Below, piece after piece: positions 1 through 16,779 of a stretch of DNA of 64,000 bases. The position numbers were made by a program, and so were the translations under genes. Where the stretch lies: contig OX597836.1 in NCBI GenBank assembly GCA_951406725.2, positions 16,554,001 through 16,618,000 of the forward strand, in the 5' to 3' direction. Source of the stretch: Octopus vulgaris. Lineage: Eukaryota. The notes under the pieces are model-generated. The model searched no databases. It was given only the letters and a program-made list of their open reading frames with translations, and had not been told where the DNA came from. Positions within the stretch are counted from its first letter, which is position 1. Each line of letters begins with the position of its first letter.

Positions 1-37
1 TAAAAAGTTTCATTCAAAGACAATCTTCAGATTAACG

Positions 38-268
38 TATTTCGTTACTACCCACAAGGGGCTAAACACAGAAGGGGCAAACAAGGATAGACAAACGGAT
101 TAAGTCGATTACATTGACCCCAGTGCGTAACTGGTACTTAATTTATCGACCCTGACAGGATGAAAGGCAAAGTCGACATTGGCGGAATTTGAACTCAGAA
201 CGTAACAGCAGACGAAATACGGTTACGCATTTCGCCCGGCATGCTAACATTTCTGCCAGCCCGCCGCC
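38..268 (-). mobile_element. tRNA-derived SINE with Nin/Deu-like domain (family A)
   Basis: Minus strand reads GGCGGCGGGCTGGCAGAA head, B box GAGTTCAAATTCC, GCCTTTCATCCTGTCAGGGTCGATAAATTAAGTACCAG domain; >12 copies in window. Confidence 0.85.
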
Positions 269-914
269 TAACCAATCCAGCTCTAACACTATCGTTGACA
301 CCTTACATGCCAGATAAGATACCTGATACAATGACCGCAAGCAGCATTAGTTGAAATCAGAATCTAGAGAACCAGGACAAATATTACAAGACATTCCCCA
401 CACTACTGCTAACCAATTCTGTTGACCTACTGCCCTGCACTGGTGCTTTATACATTATTATCCCCACCAAAAGAAAAGAATGGAAGGTAAAGTTGACTTT
501 AGTATGATTTGAACACAGAATACAGAGAGTCAGAACAAATACCACAAATCATCCTATATGATGCCCTAACCACTGAGCCAATCCATTGTCTTATTTATAA
601 ATGATTGTTGCTGTTGTTGCGGAGTTGACCTATGGCATACAAGAAATCAATCAAACAGATCGATATAATACACCACAGATCAACAGATATCCAATAATTC
701 CACCGAGCTGATGGCCACACTACACATCTGAATATGCTGCAGCAGTGGTGGTTGTTATTTAGCCTCACTTCCGACATTCCAGCCATGCCGTTCCTGCCAA
801 AACTACATCATCCAATGTGCCAGCTACATTTTTGATGATGACATGGTGTAATTAGAGGGAAATTCAGCTGCTATTTCCAGTAGGTTCTTCGTATTTTGTG
901 AAAAATGATGGGTT

Positions 915-1250
915 TAGTGGAGGTGCATGGCTTAGTGGTTAGGGTCTTAGGCTAACGATCTTACAATCATGAGTTCGAATCCTGGCAGCATGTTGTGTCT
1001 TTGAGCAAGACATTTTATTTTATTTATTTCACACTGGACCAGTCCACTCTGCTGCCAAAAATGAGTTGTGCCCATTATTCAAAAGGCCAGCTTCATCAGA
1101 CTCTGTGTCACACTGAATCTCCCTGGGGACTATATTAAGGGTACACGTGTCTGTGAAGTGCTCAATAACTTATATGTTAATTTCACGAGCAGGTTGTTTC
1201 GTTGATCGAATCAACTGAAACACTCGCCGTCATAACCGACAGAATGCCAG
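915..1250 (+). mobile_element. Diverged tRNA-derived SINE (family C-related)
   Basis: TGGCTTAGTGG A box, GAGTTCGAATCC B box; 3' body similar to 49800-49970. Confidence 0.65.
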
Positions 1251-1325
1251 CAAGTGAAAATATCAGAATGTTCCAGAAGTAAGATCCAGGGGTGTTTTGG
1301 TTTTTGTTTATAAAGCTTGCCCAGG

Positions 1326-1558
1326 AAGGTGGCGAGCTGGCAAAATCGTTAGCACGCCGGGAAAAATGCGTAGCCGTATTTCATCTGCCGTTACATTCTG
1401 AGTTCAAATTCCGCCGAGGTTGACTTTGCCTTTCATCCTTTCGGGGTCGATTAAATAAGTACCAGTTACGCACTGGGGTCGATGTAATCGACTTAATCCA
1501 TTTGTCTGTCCTTGTTTGTCCCCTCTATGTTTAGCCTCTTGTGGGTAATAAAGAAATA
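1326..1558 (+). mobile_element. Family A (Nin-type) SINE with TSD
   Basis: Full head and body; flanked by direct repeat TATAAAGCTTGCCCAGG. Confidence 0.9.
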
Positions 1559-2168
1559 TATAAAGCTTGCCCAGGTAAAAGGTGTAGTAGCCATAATGGT
1601 CACTGACTTTCTTGGAGACTGGTAAGATTGATATAGTCAATTGGTATCATATCAATATTTAAGGTGCCTTTGGGGTTGTGTGATTAAGGAGCTTGCTTCA
1701 CAACCTTGAGATCTTGTATTCAGTCCTACAGTGTAGTAGCACCTCAAGCATTGGCCAAAGACTTGTGAGTAGATTAGGCAGACAGAAACTGAAAGAAGTT
1801 TGTCGCGCGTGTGTGTGTGTGTGTATGTGTGTGTGTGTGTGTGTGTGTGCACCTCCCTCTCTCTCTGCTTGTATCTCTTTGTCCTGACACTGAGTAGAAT
1901 GACTGTCATTCTCATAAAAGCAGTGTCATTTCATTTCCAATATTCTACAAGAACATGCCTGGCCATGGGGAAATACTAACTTGTTTGGAAACGGGTGAGG
2001 ATTGGTAACAAGGCAATCTGGTCAAAGAAAATCTGCCTCAATAGATTCTGTCTGACACATTCAAGCATGGAAAAGTGGATATTAAAATGACAAACTGAAT
2101 GAAACCCATTGTGCGTATATGTGTGTGTGTTAGTGTGTATATGTATATGCATGCATGCATGCATGCGT

Positions 2169-2248
<80 letters not shown>

Positions 2249-2598
2249 GCGTGTATATGTTTGTGCGTCTGTGTTTGTGCCCCCAACATCCCTTGACAAC
2301 CGATGCTGGTGTGTTTACATCCCTTAACTTAGCAGTTTGGCAAAAGGGACCGATAGAATAAATACTAGGCTTACAAAGAATAAGTCCTTGGGTCGATTTG
2401 CTCAACTAAAGGCGGTGCTCCAGTATGGCCACAGTCAAATGACTGAAACAAGTAAAAGAGTGTGTGTGTATATATATATATATATACACTAGTGTAATAG
2501 ATATTATCAACCACATATACTTAATGTACATGCTTTATATCGTATATTTGCTGGTAGGCTGCTAGAGCCATGGTAGAGAATACTCTCTCAGAGACTTA

Positions 2599-3000
2599 AG
2601 GGAGTGGCTGTGTGGTAAGTAGCTTGCTAACCAACCACATGGTTCCGGGTTCAGTCCCACTGCGTGGCATCTTGGGCAAATGTCTTCTGCTATAGCCCCG
2701 GGCCGACCAATGCCTTGTGAGTGGATTTGGTAGACGGAAACTGAAAGAAGCACGGCGTATATATGTATATATGTGTGTATGTGTTTGTGTGTCTGTGTTT
2801 GTCCCCCTAGCATTGCTTGACAACCGATGCTGGTGTGTTTACGTCCCCGTCACTTAGCGGTTCGGCAAAAGAGACCGATAGAATAAGTACTGGGCTTACA
2901 AAGAATAAGTCCCGGGGTCGATTTGCTCGACTAAAAGGTGGTGCTCCAGCATGGCCGCAGTCAAATGACTGAAACAAGTAAAAGAGTAAAGAGTAAAGAG
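2599..3000 (+). mobile_element. CORE-like tRNA SINE with internal microsatellite (family B)
   Basis: GTGGCTGTGTGGTAAG A box, GGGTTCAGTCCC B box, CORE-like TCTTGGGCAAATGTCTT, internal TA/TG tract, AAAGAGT tail repeats. Confidence 0.85.
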
Positions 3001-3297
3001 GTGAGTTAACTCACCTTCAATCCCATCTAGGAGTGATGGACATCACCGTTTTGCTATTTTTGTAGCATGTCAACATCACACACCTGATTAGGATCGGAGA
3101 TGAATCACTTCACCAGTCCACGACTTATACGCTCATGGCATGCAAACCATGTGTGAGTATGCCTGGACAATGCATACATTAGAATAAATTCAAATACAAA
3201 ACAGAAGCAGCACTAGCGAGATAAACAACATCAACCACATATACTTAACATATAAGCTTCGTTTAGTTTCTGGTAGGCTGCTACTGGCGGGCTGGCT

Positions 3298-3797
3298 CTT
3301 TTACTCTTTTATTTGTTACAGTCATTTGACTGTGGCCATGCTGGAGCACCGCCTTTAGTCGAGCAAATCAACCCCAGGAATTATTTTTTGTAAGCCTAGG
3401 ACTTATTCTATCAGTTTCTTTTGCCAAACCGCTAAGTTACGGGGATGTAAACACACCAGCATCGGCTGTCAAGCAATGTTGGCGGACAAGCATAGACGCA
3501 CAAACATATACACACACATATATATATACATACATACATATATATATACATACATATATATATACATACATATATACATACATACATATATACATACATA
3601 TATACATACATACATATATACATATATACATACATACATATATACATACATACATATATACATACATACATATATACATACATACATATATACATACATA
3701 CATATATACATACATACATATATACATACATACATATATACATACATACATATATACATACATACATATATACATACATATATACATACATACATAT

Positions 3798-3828
<31 letters not shown>

Positions 3829-3857
3829 CATACATACATATATACATACATATATAT

Positions 3858-3901
<44 letters not shown>

Positions 3902-4073
3902 TTATATACAACGGGCTTCTTTCAGTTTCCGTCTACCAAATCCACTCACAAGGCTTTGGTCAGCCCAAGGCTATAGTAGAAGACACTTGCCCAAGGTGCC
4001 ACGCAGTGGGACTGAACCCAGGACCATGTGGTTGGTAAGCAAGCTACTTACCACACAGCCACTCCTACGCCTA
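3298..4073 (-). mobile_element. Family B SINE whose internal microsatellite has expanded to about 400 bp of TACA/TA
   Basis: Tail at 3298-3505 and head at 3910-4073 flank the (TACA/TA)n array. Confidence 0.85.
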
Positions 4074-4074
4074 T

Positions 4075-4377
4075 GAGTCGCCCTTTTCAAGCCAAGCCAG
4101 GCTCGTGGGCCCAGATTCCCGGTTTCTGTGGCATATGTGTTCCCTCCAGGTGGACGGGACGCCAGTCTATCGCAGCGTTACTCAAGAAACGAGAAGAGAG
4201 AGTGAGAGAAAGTTGTGGCATGTGTGAGTATGCCTGGACAATGGGGTCGCCACTATCCCCTGCCAGAGCCTCGTTGAGCTTTTAGGTGTTTTCACTCAAT
4301 AAACACACACAACGCCCAGTCTCGAAATCGAAACCGCGAGTCTGCCACCGTAACCACTGGGCCATTGCGCCTCCACA
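4075..4377 (-). mobile_element. tRNA-Arg-like SINE (family C variant)
   Basis: Minus strand GTGGAGGCGCAATGGCCCAGTGG head, shared with 49591. Confidence 0.75.
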
Positions 4378-4792
4378 ATACACTCCCAAAGTGCAGGTGT
4401 TAAAATTACTAGCAATATATGTATGTATGTATGTATGTATGTATATACATACACGTACTAGCAAACACAATGAGCATCTTTCAGTTTGCATCTACTAGAC
4501 CCATTCATCACAGGGCTCTGGTCAGCCTGGGGTTATTGTAGAAGACACTTGCCAAGGTGCCACACAGTGGAAATGAACCTGAGACCATGTGGTCAGGAAA
4601 CAAACTTCTTACCACACAGCCACACCAACACCAAATGATTAAAGATGGAATGAACTCCACTTAATCAGTCATGCAGTGGTGGTGGTGGTGGCGGCGGTAG
4701 TGGTGGAAGGTGACAGAGATGGCGGTGGCGATGATAGCAGTGGTGGTGGTAGGGGTAACCATAATAATTATTTTTCTTGATTAGCCTCGGGT

Positions 4793-5059
4793 GGTACTAC
4801 TTAAGAAGAGTGGTCCCTGTGCGCGCACTCGCGTACTTTGCGCATCCGCGCTAGTTAGTCGTGACTAGTCGAGCCTACAACGACTACCTAGCAAAGTAAA
4901 TAAAACATAAAATAAATAATTTTTTTACACAAAGTAAATAAATTTTTTTAAAACAAAGTAAATAAAATACAAAAACACAAATTAAGGATCGACTAGTCAC
5001 GACTAGCTAGCGCGAGTACGCGACTGCGCGCACCGGGACTACTCTTCTTAAGTAGTACT
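4793..5059. mobile_element. MITE with about 90-bp TIRs, Merlin/MULE-like
   Basis: GGTACTACTTAAGAAGAGT...ACTCTTCTTAAGTAGTACT ends; 9-bp TSD GCCTCGGGT/GCCTCAGGT; A-rich spacer. Confidence 0.8.
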
Positions 5060-5584
5060 GCCTCAGGTCAGCTGTGTGCAGTTGTGTGTGTGTGTGATCC
5101 CACCTCTTTGAAACACCATATAAAGGTATGAGTTCCAACGACAACAAAATGTCATGAGGGCGACGATCCGTGGATTGGCAGAATCATTAAGACTGGCGAC
5201 GTTTTGTGATGGACCTTCACGTTTTGAGATCAAATCCTGCTGGATGGGGGAAGGAGGCCCAAGTCTGCCCTTTCTCCTTTCCAGTCCTGTCAGTCATTTC
5301 CATAATAAACTACTCCCAGTCCTAGTGGTGGATGGAATTAAAATAGATGATGGTGATGATGGCTAAACTATGACGACGACATTGATGAAAACAAATACTT
5401 AACAGGGAGGTAACTAATGTGAAATTCATCGGAGCAACGAAATGAATATTAAGAGTTACCTCCCTTGGATCATCTACAAATTTGCATTCTAATTTAGAAG
5501 CTCTTCAATGCGCACGAGATTTAGTTGTTATTTCTAGCAGATCACAACATTCTGAAGAGGGGCATTTCATATAGATATATATAT

Positions 5585-5970
5585 CTTTTATTTTTTATTT
5601 GTTTCAGTCATCAGATTGCAGGCAATGCTCGGGCACCATCTTGAAGATATTTCAGCCGAATGAATCGAGCCCAATAGTTACATATTTTGTTCAGCCTTGC
5701 ACTTATTCTATCAGTCTCTTTTGCTGAACAGCTAAGTTACAGGGATGTAAACACACCAGCAGCGATTGCCAAGCGGTGGAGGGGGGAGTAACACACACAC
5801 ACACACACCCATATATATGACGGGCTTCCTTCAGTTTCTCTGTACTAAATCCACTGACAAGGCTTTGATCAGCCCGAGACATTAGTAGTAGATATTTACC
5901 TAAGGTGCAATGCAGTGGGACTGAACCCAGAAGAGCAAGCTTCTAACCACACAGCCATGTCTGTGCCTAT
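5585..5970 (-). mobile_element. Diverged family B SINE
   Basis: Similarity to 2599-3000 on the reverse strand. Confidence 0.7.
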
Positions 5971-6217
5971 ATATATATGTATATATATATCTCGTCCTTG
6001 TTTTCGTATACATTCGCTGCTTTCTTACAAGGAATCTAATGCTCTTAGCTTATTTTTTCCTTGGGGCTGGCCAGATTGGAGCAATCTCGAGTATAACCAG
6101 CCGAAATTGCAAAGATAATCTGGAACTCGACTGAGGATAGAAAACTCCAAATGATCCGTCCTTGTTTTCCTTGTATCGTCTGTCTGGTTGTTTTGCGTTC
6201 TTGTCCCATTTTTGTAT

Positions 6218-6292
<75 letters not shown>

Positions 6293-6399
6293 GGCATGTG
6301 TACTTTGATCAACCCATCTGCTTATCTGAATGACCATGACACTCAATGTGTTATAGTGAGAAAAAAATATTTTTACAGTTCCTGTCCTATATATATATA

Positions 6400-6780
6400 T
6401 ATGCACAGAGGTGACTGAGTGGTAAGAAGGTTGCATCCCAATCACATGGTTCCAGGTTCAGTCCCACTGCATGGTACTTTGTACAAATGTCTCCTCCAAT
6501 AGCACCAAAGCTTTGTGACTGAATATGGCAGACAGAAAGTGGAAAAAGGCTGTCATACGTGTGTGTGTGTGTGGCTTTTTGGCTGTGTCTGTTTGACAAC
6601 CGGTGTTGGTGGCTTTATATCCCTATAATGTAGCAGTTCAGCATAAGACATCAATAGAATAAATAAATACCAGGATTAAAAAATACAAAGTACAGAGGTC
6701 GATTCATTTAACTAAAATTCTTCAAGGCAGTGCCCCAGCATGGCCACAGTCTAATGACTGAAACAAGTAAAAGATAAAAA
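6400..6780 (+). mobile_element. Diverged family B SINE
   Basis: Head, TG tract and tail colinear with 2599-3000. Confidence 0.7.
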
Positions 6781-6844
6781 TATAATGGGATATTTTAAAA
6801 CATTGAATGAAGGCAGGGGTCCATTTGAGTAAAATAGGAATCAT

Positions 6845-9836
<2,992 letters not shown>

Positions 9837-9934
9837 AGAGAGGGGTTTATAGATAAAAAATGGTTGAAACCCACTGTCCTAAGCTGTTCATTAGGGACAC
9901 GACCTCTGCATTTACAGTTTTCCATATCTTTCAA

Positions 9935-10145
9935 TACACGTTGGGCAAAATGCGTAGCCGTATTTCGTCTGCCGTTACGTTCTGGGTTCAAATTCCGCCG
10001 AGGTCGACATTGCCTTTCATCCTTTCGGGGTTGATTAAATAAGTACCAGTTACGCACTGGAGTCGATATAATAGACTTAATCCGTTTGTCTGTCCTTGTT
10101 TGACCTCTCTGTGTTTAGCCCCTTATGGCCAATAAAGAAATAGGT
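9935..10145 (+). mobile_element. 5'-truncated family A SINE
   Basis: Body matches 1326-1558. Confidence 0.85.
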
Positions 10146-11502
10146 ATTTTGTACTATGTCCTAACAATTCTAATGACAACACAAAATTGGTTTCAAATTT
10201 TAGCACAAGGCCAGCAATTTCGGAGGAGGGGCTAAGTTGATTACATCAATCCCAGTGTTCAATTGGTACTTACTTTATAGACTCCAAAAGTCAACCTCAG
10301 CAGAATTTGAACTCAGAATATCAAGACTGACAAAATGCCATGAAGCATTTTGCTCAGCATGCTAATGATTCTGCCAGCTCACCACCTTAACGACAACATA
10401 ATATTTATTTTTTTGTTTCCATCAGAAAACTCATTAACTCTAACCCAGCTGTTTTACATCTACCTTGTTCAAGCCAACACCGTCACCACCACTATGTATC
10501 ACCAGAAAACCACCACCACTACGTACCACCACCACCACCACCACATACTACCATCAAAATCACACTTCTCCACACCAAACTACCACCACCATATACCTAA
10601 ACACTACTCCCACCACTACTCCACCACAACTACAAATAGATCCACCACTACCACCACACAGCTCCCATACACCTCCACACCGCCAGCCCTATACAATATG
10701 TCAAGGTGAAACAATCACAGTCTTTATTTTCTTAATTTTGTTCTAGTTTTCTTCTGTTCTTTTTGCCTTTGTTTTTATTTTTTTTGGTTTATATTTTGTT
10801 TTCTTCTTAATTTTCTCACTACACAACAGCTTTAATGACAAATTTAACCCATTCAACTACTACTACTACTACTACTATTAATTAATCCAGCCATAATTAC
10901 TGATTTCAAATTTTGGCACAAGGCCAGCAATTTCGGAGAAGAGGAGAAGTCGATTACATCAACTCCAGTGCTCAACTAGTACCTATTTTATTGACATTAT
11001 TTACATTTGACGGATATTTGACTTCATCTTGTTTGATGTTAACACGTTTCGACAGTTATACTCTCCAGCCTTCATCAGGTGTCTTGGGGAAATTTCGAAC
11101 CTGGGTTCTCATTCATAAGGTATTTTTCACTACTGTTGTTATCATTACTATTATTATTATTATTATTATTATTAAGGTCACTGCCTGGAATTGAACTTTG
11201 AATCTTGGGGGTAGGTTGGTAGGTAGGTAGGTAGGCAGATGGATAGATATATTAGTTTCAAATTTTTGAATAAGGCTAGCAAGTTCAGGAGATGGGGTAA
11301 ATTAATTAAATCAATCCTAGTGCTCAACTGGTTCTTAATCTATTTACCCCAAAGTGGTAAACGTCAGAGTCGACCTCAGTGAAATTTGAACTCAGAACAT
11401 AAAGACAGACAAAATGCCACTAAGCCTTTTTGCCAAGTGTTCTAACAGTTCTGCTAGCTCACCACTTCAATACATACATACATACATACATCATACATAC
11501 AT

Positions 11503-11567
<65 letters not shown>

Positions 11568-11686
11568 TAATAAATTCAGGGTGAATACTTGATAAGTATA
11601 AGCACCTGTATATGCCAGCTAGTAGCAGAGGTGTTCTTTTTCGGACCTTTCATAATGTGATACAAGTCTTTGGTGTAGCAATTGCA

Positions 11687-11780
11687 TGCGGCTGAAGAGG
11701 GCTTTAAACTATCTGTTATGTCGATTATACATTGATGTAAGAATAAGTTGTTTTATAAAGCTCGAAACATGTGTACCACG
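11687..11780 (+). ncRNA. Hammerhead ribozyme-like motif with long loop II
   Basis: CTGAAGA; stem II GGGCTTTA/TAAAGCTC; GAA ACATGTGT A; stem I TGCGG/CCACG with one mismatch. Confidence 0.5.
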
Positions 11781-12065
11781 ACATCCTTTGTGTTCTGTTT
11801 TTTATTTCATTTGATATACATATATATATATAGGTTTCCAATTTTGGCACATGGCCAACAATTTCAGGAGATGGGGTTAAGTCAACTACATTGACCCCAG
11901 TACTCAACAGGTATTTATTTTGTCGACCTCAAAAGGATGAATGGCAAAGTTGACCTCATTGGAATTTGAACTCAGAACGTAAAGTTGGAGAAAATGCCAC
12001 TAAGCATTTTGCCTGGCATGCTAATGGTGTTAGTTCACCACCTTAATACAGATATATATTGAAAC

Positions 12066-12510
12066 TCCGACACATTGAAATTCCGATGTCTGGCAGCTGA
12101 CTTGGCAGACACCCATAAAATTATTAACCATCTTACAAACAATAACTCTGAGTACCTTTTCAAACTCCACCTGTCTTAACACCCGTGGACATGTTTACAA
12201 AGTCAGAAAACAGCACAGCTCCCATGACTTTCGGAAACATTTTTTCACGCTAAGAGTCGCTGAAGTATGGAACAAACTGCCAGCATCAGTTGTTAGTTGT
12301 CGGAGCACTGCATCCTTCAAAACTTCCATGCTTTCTGAGATTCGCCAACACTACACTTGATTTTCTCCCCTCCATACACACACAAGCATGTATCTGACTC
12401 ATACATTGTTCACTTCCCAGACATTTGTACATTACTGCTTATGCTTTATATGCACTTTTTGACAAGTTGTGGTGCACCTGAGCACTGTATACAATAATTT
12501 CATTATCATT
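12066..12510 (+). mobile_element. CR1-clade LINE 3' fragment
   Basis: Encodes TRGHVYKVRKQHSSHDFRKHFFTLRVAEVWNKLPASVV, the CR1/L2-type C-terminal motif; ATT-rich tail; paralogous to 42510. Confidence 0.85.
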
Positions 12511-12863
12511 ATATATGTATCACACGTGATCATGTGACTGACTAGGCTATCAAATGTTGTTACACATCACTGGTCACAATGCATTGTGCATTGTTTTAGC
12601 CTTCAAATAACACCACCCTGCTGGCTAGGTGAGCAGGCCAGCATTCCCCTTCTGATCAAAGGAACCCTACTAGAGCAACGTGAAATGAAGTGTTTTGCTC
12701 AAGAACACAGAACACCTCTCAGTCTGGGAATTGAACTCAGGATCTAGCGACCGTGAGTGCAACAGCTTAACCACTAGGCCACACCCCTACGAATATCTAT
12801 TACACTTTTACAAGAAGAGGGTTGACAGTAACTTCAAAGTTTTGGTTTGTCAGCTTTTTTGCA

Positions 12864-13279
12864 AGGCGGCGAGCTGGCAGAAACGTTAGCACGCCAGGCG
12901 AAATGCTTAGCGGTATTTCGTCTGCCGTTACGTTCTGAGTTCAAATTCCGCCGAGGTCAACTTTGCCTTTCATCCTTTCAGGGTCAATAAATTAAATGCC
13001 AGTTACGCACTGGGGTCAATATAATCGACTTAATCCTTTTGTCTGTCCTTGTTTGTTCCCTCTGTGTTTAGCCCCTTGTGGGTAGTAAAGAAATAGGTAT
13101 TTCATCTGCTGCTACATTCTGAGTTCAAATTCTGCCGAGGTCGACTTTGCCTTTCATCCTTTCGGGATCGATAAATTAAGTACCAGTTATGCACTGGGGT
13201 CGATATAATCAACTTAATCCATTTGTCTGTCCTTGTTTATCCCCTCTGTGTTTAGCCTCTTGTGGGTAGTAAAGAAATA
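12864..13279 (+). mobile_element. Family A SINE, head plus tandem dimer body
   Basis: Two bodies joined at GAAATAGGTATTTC; TSD GGTTTGTCAGCTTT. Confidence 0.9.
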
Positions 13280-14127
13280 GGTTTGTCAGCTTTCATCAGA
13301 CTGAAGGCTAACAGGCCAAAACTGCAAAGTTACTATCAATGTTCCTCTTTAAAATGTATCATCATCATCATTTAACATCTGTATTCCATGCTCGCACGGG
13401 TTGGATGGTTTGACAGGATCTGGGAAGCTGAAGAGCTGCACCAGGCCTCACTGTCTGTTTTGGCATGGTTTTCACAGCTGGATGTCCCTCCTAACACCAA
13501 CCACTTTACAGAGTGGACTGATCGCTTTTTACAAGGCTACTGCACCAGTGGGGCTTATTTTGGCATGGTTTTCATGGCTGGATGCTCTTCCAAATGCCAA
13601 TCGCTCTACAGTGTGGTGGGGTCACCAAGTAATTTGCAAGACAAAGATCCTTTGAGAGGGGAGAGGGGCATTGGAGGAGGTGACCTTGTGCCAGGTGATG
13701 AGCGGTTAGAGTGTGACAGAAGAATAGAAATAGGTATCTTGCTGTAGAGGAGATACATGCTTATCCAGTTGGAGAGAGAGTGTGTGTGTGTTAGAGTTAG
13801 TGAGTGAATGAGAGAGTGGAAGAGAAAGAGAGAGCAAGAGAGAGGGAGGGGAGGGAGAGAGAGAGTGAGAGATCAAGAATGAGAGAGACTGTGGGAGAGA
13901 AACGAGAGTTATCCTCTAACTACAGGGATCAGAATATAAATGGGACGGTAAAGTATTGCACAAAGACACCGACAGAATAAGTACCAGGCTTAAAAACCAA
14001 GAAAGTAATCACTGGGGTTGATTCATTCAACTATATAATTCAAGGCGGTGCTCCAGCATGGCCACAGTCTAATAATTGAAACAAGGAAAAGACAATATAC
14101 ATATATATATATATGTGTGTGTGTGTG

Positions 14128-14508
14128 TGCCGGTGGCACGTAAAAGCACCATCCGTTCGTGTCCGTTGCCAGCCCCGCCTGGCCCCTGTGCCGGTGGCAC
14201 GTAGCACCATCCGTTCGTGGCCGTTGCCAGCCCCGCCTGGCCCCCGTGCCGGTGGCACGTAGCACCATCCGTTCGTGGCCGTTGCCAGCCTCGCCTGGCC
14301 CCCGTGCCGGTGGCACGTAAAAGCACCATCGTGCGGGTGGCACGTAAAAAGCACCCACTACACTCACGGAGTGGTTGGTGTTAGGAAGGGCATCCAGCCG
14401 TAGAAACACTGCCAGATCAGACTGGGTCTGATGCAGCCTTGTGGCTCCACAGACCCCAGTTGAACCGTCCAACCCATGCTAGCATGGAAAGCGGACGCTA
14501 AATGATGA

Positions 14509-14510
<2 letters not shown>
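14128..14510 (+). mobile_element. RTE 3' UTR fragment with about 57-bp internal tandem repeats
   Basis: Reverse complement of 7089-7340; repeated GTGCCGGTGGCAC units; (GAT)n tail. Confidence 0.85.
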
Positions 14511-14570
<60 letters not shown>

Positions 14571-15149
14571 GGAATATACAAGGAGTTTTTGTCAATTGAC
14601 ATAACACAATAGGTGTGTACTATGAGTGCTCAGTTTGGTTGATCACTAAGACTCTGGCTTAAACTGCATCTGAAAATGCCTATCAAAGGTGACTAGAAGT
14701 GGTTTCTCCTTGAGCAGGCAAATACAGATTAAAATAGAAAATGAAAAAACAAAACACTTGACAGCACTTGAAAACCAATTTAAATAAAAAAAATATAAAT
14801 ATAGTGACGAGTAGTTATGATAAAAAGATAAAGTCTCTTTACAGCTGTTTCTAGAATAGCCAAACATGTGGATTACGATACTGAGGATTCCATAAGCTAA
14901 GGATTGCATCATTGGAGAGAGAGAGAGAGAGAAGTCAGGAAAATATAAAAATTAACAATATCCTCAATCAAGGATATTAGTACTTTCCAGTTTGGTGCCA
15001 AAAGGAAGGAAGGATCAGAAGGAAAAGTATAGGCATTAGGTAGTTCCATGATCAAATGAATAATAAATAAATTTGATAGATAGATAGATAGATAGATAGA
15101 TAGAAGGATGGATGGATGGATGGATGAGAGAACACTGCACTGGTTTGGT

Positions 15150-15545
15150 CATTTGAAGCATATGGATACAGACAATTGCATACGGAAGTACTGATCACTT
15201 AAAGTGGATGGAACTTGTGGACGATGGAGACCCAGGAAGACATGGGATGAAGTAATGAAGGCCGATCTCAAGACACTGAGCCTTACAAAGGAGATGACTA
15301 AGGGCTGAGATATCTGGCGCTTTGCTGTACTCAGGAAGACCCATCCACCACAGTAGAATTGGTACCAGTGCTGGTGCCAGGTTAAAAGCACCAAAGACAC
15401 TCTGTGGAGTGGTTGGCATTAGGAAGGGCATCCAGTCATAGAAACCATGCCAGAACAGACAATGGAACCTGGTGTAGCCCCTTGCCTTACTTACTAACTC
15501 AGATCAAATCATCCAACCCATGCCAGCATGGAGAATGGTGATGAT
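15150..15545 (+). mobile_element. Degenerate RTE 3' end (ORF end plus UTR)
   Basis: Decayed PRKTWDEV..DL..L coding followed by the RTE UTR. Confidence 0.75.
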
Positions 15546-15815
15546 GGTATACATCATTATCATCATTTAACATCCACTTTTCTATTCTTGCATGGGTCTG
15601 ATGGAATTTGTTGAGGCAGATATTTTCTACAGTTGGAAGCCTCTCCTGTTGCCAACCTTCACCTGCTTGCAAGCAAGGTAATATTTACCCCATGGCCAGA
15701 CATTTGTCACTAAAAACTAGAAGCAAACAACATTGCTTGTATGATAGTGATGCTCATTCATAACCATCATATGTCAAGAAGAGGGTTCACTCAAACACAT
15801 ATATACACACACACA

Positions 15816-15848
<33 letters not shown>

Positions 15849-16744
15849 TATATATATATCTGTGTACAAGTCCCTAGCTTTAAGGGTGTTGTGAAAGGCT
15901 TGGTTGGAGGCCCAACCTTCCAAGTTCTTTTACAGGGCTTAGAAAAACTGACGGACCACTACAATAAGTGTGTGAATGTGAGGGGAAAATATGTTGTATA
16001 AAATAATAATTAACTGATCTCAAAGCCAGGAACTATTCAGCACCCCCTTGCATAAAGTCTACCATGGGTTTTACTTAAGAAAAATCTCAACAAGCTTTCA
16101 AGTCAATGGAGAGAAACACCAATTTTTCTATATGATTGGTTTGAAGAATTGTTGAGATTTTTCTTAACATGAAACTTATGGTAGCCTTAATATGCAAATA
16201 AAAAAACCTTTATCCACCAATGCAGTGTTAAGCACTCATTCTCATTGTTTGGAGGCTTTGGTTGGCCCAGAGCTATCGCAGAAGTCACTTGCCCAAGGTG
16301 CCATGCAGTGGGACTGAACTCAAAATCACATGGTTGGCAAACAAAGCTTCTCAACCACTGAGCCACAACATGTAATGTGTTTGCTTGTGTGTTCATTTTC
16401 CCATCTGTATCGACAATGATGATGACGACGACAACAACAACAATGACGATGGTGTCCTCCTATCCAGGTGTCTCCACTTTCCCTGAAGACATTTCAAAAC
16501 AGGATCTGAAATACATATTTTAAAAACACGACAAAACACTGAGCAAATCCGTAAAGCCAGTCTTAACCAACCAACCAACCAACCAGCTTATAACATCCTC
16601 TGAAATAAAGAAAAACAAAATGACCAGAGAAAGTGAGTGCTTACGATGAAGTGGACAAAAGCCAATTTCACAAACACACATTGGTGTGGGATTGGTTTGT
16701 AACGATCCTTGACCTGACAACAGCAGATTTTATATAAACCACAG

Positions 16745-16779
<35 letters not shown>

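Noticed and set aside
3432-3976. Long MYVC/YIHT/HT-repeat ORFs here and at about 2000, 21000, 28200, 33800, 58000 and 62000
   Set aside because: Translations of stop-free microsatellites, not proteins.
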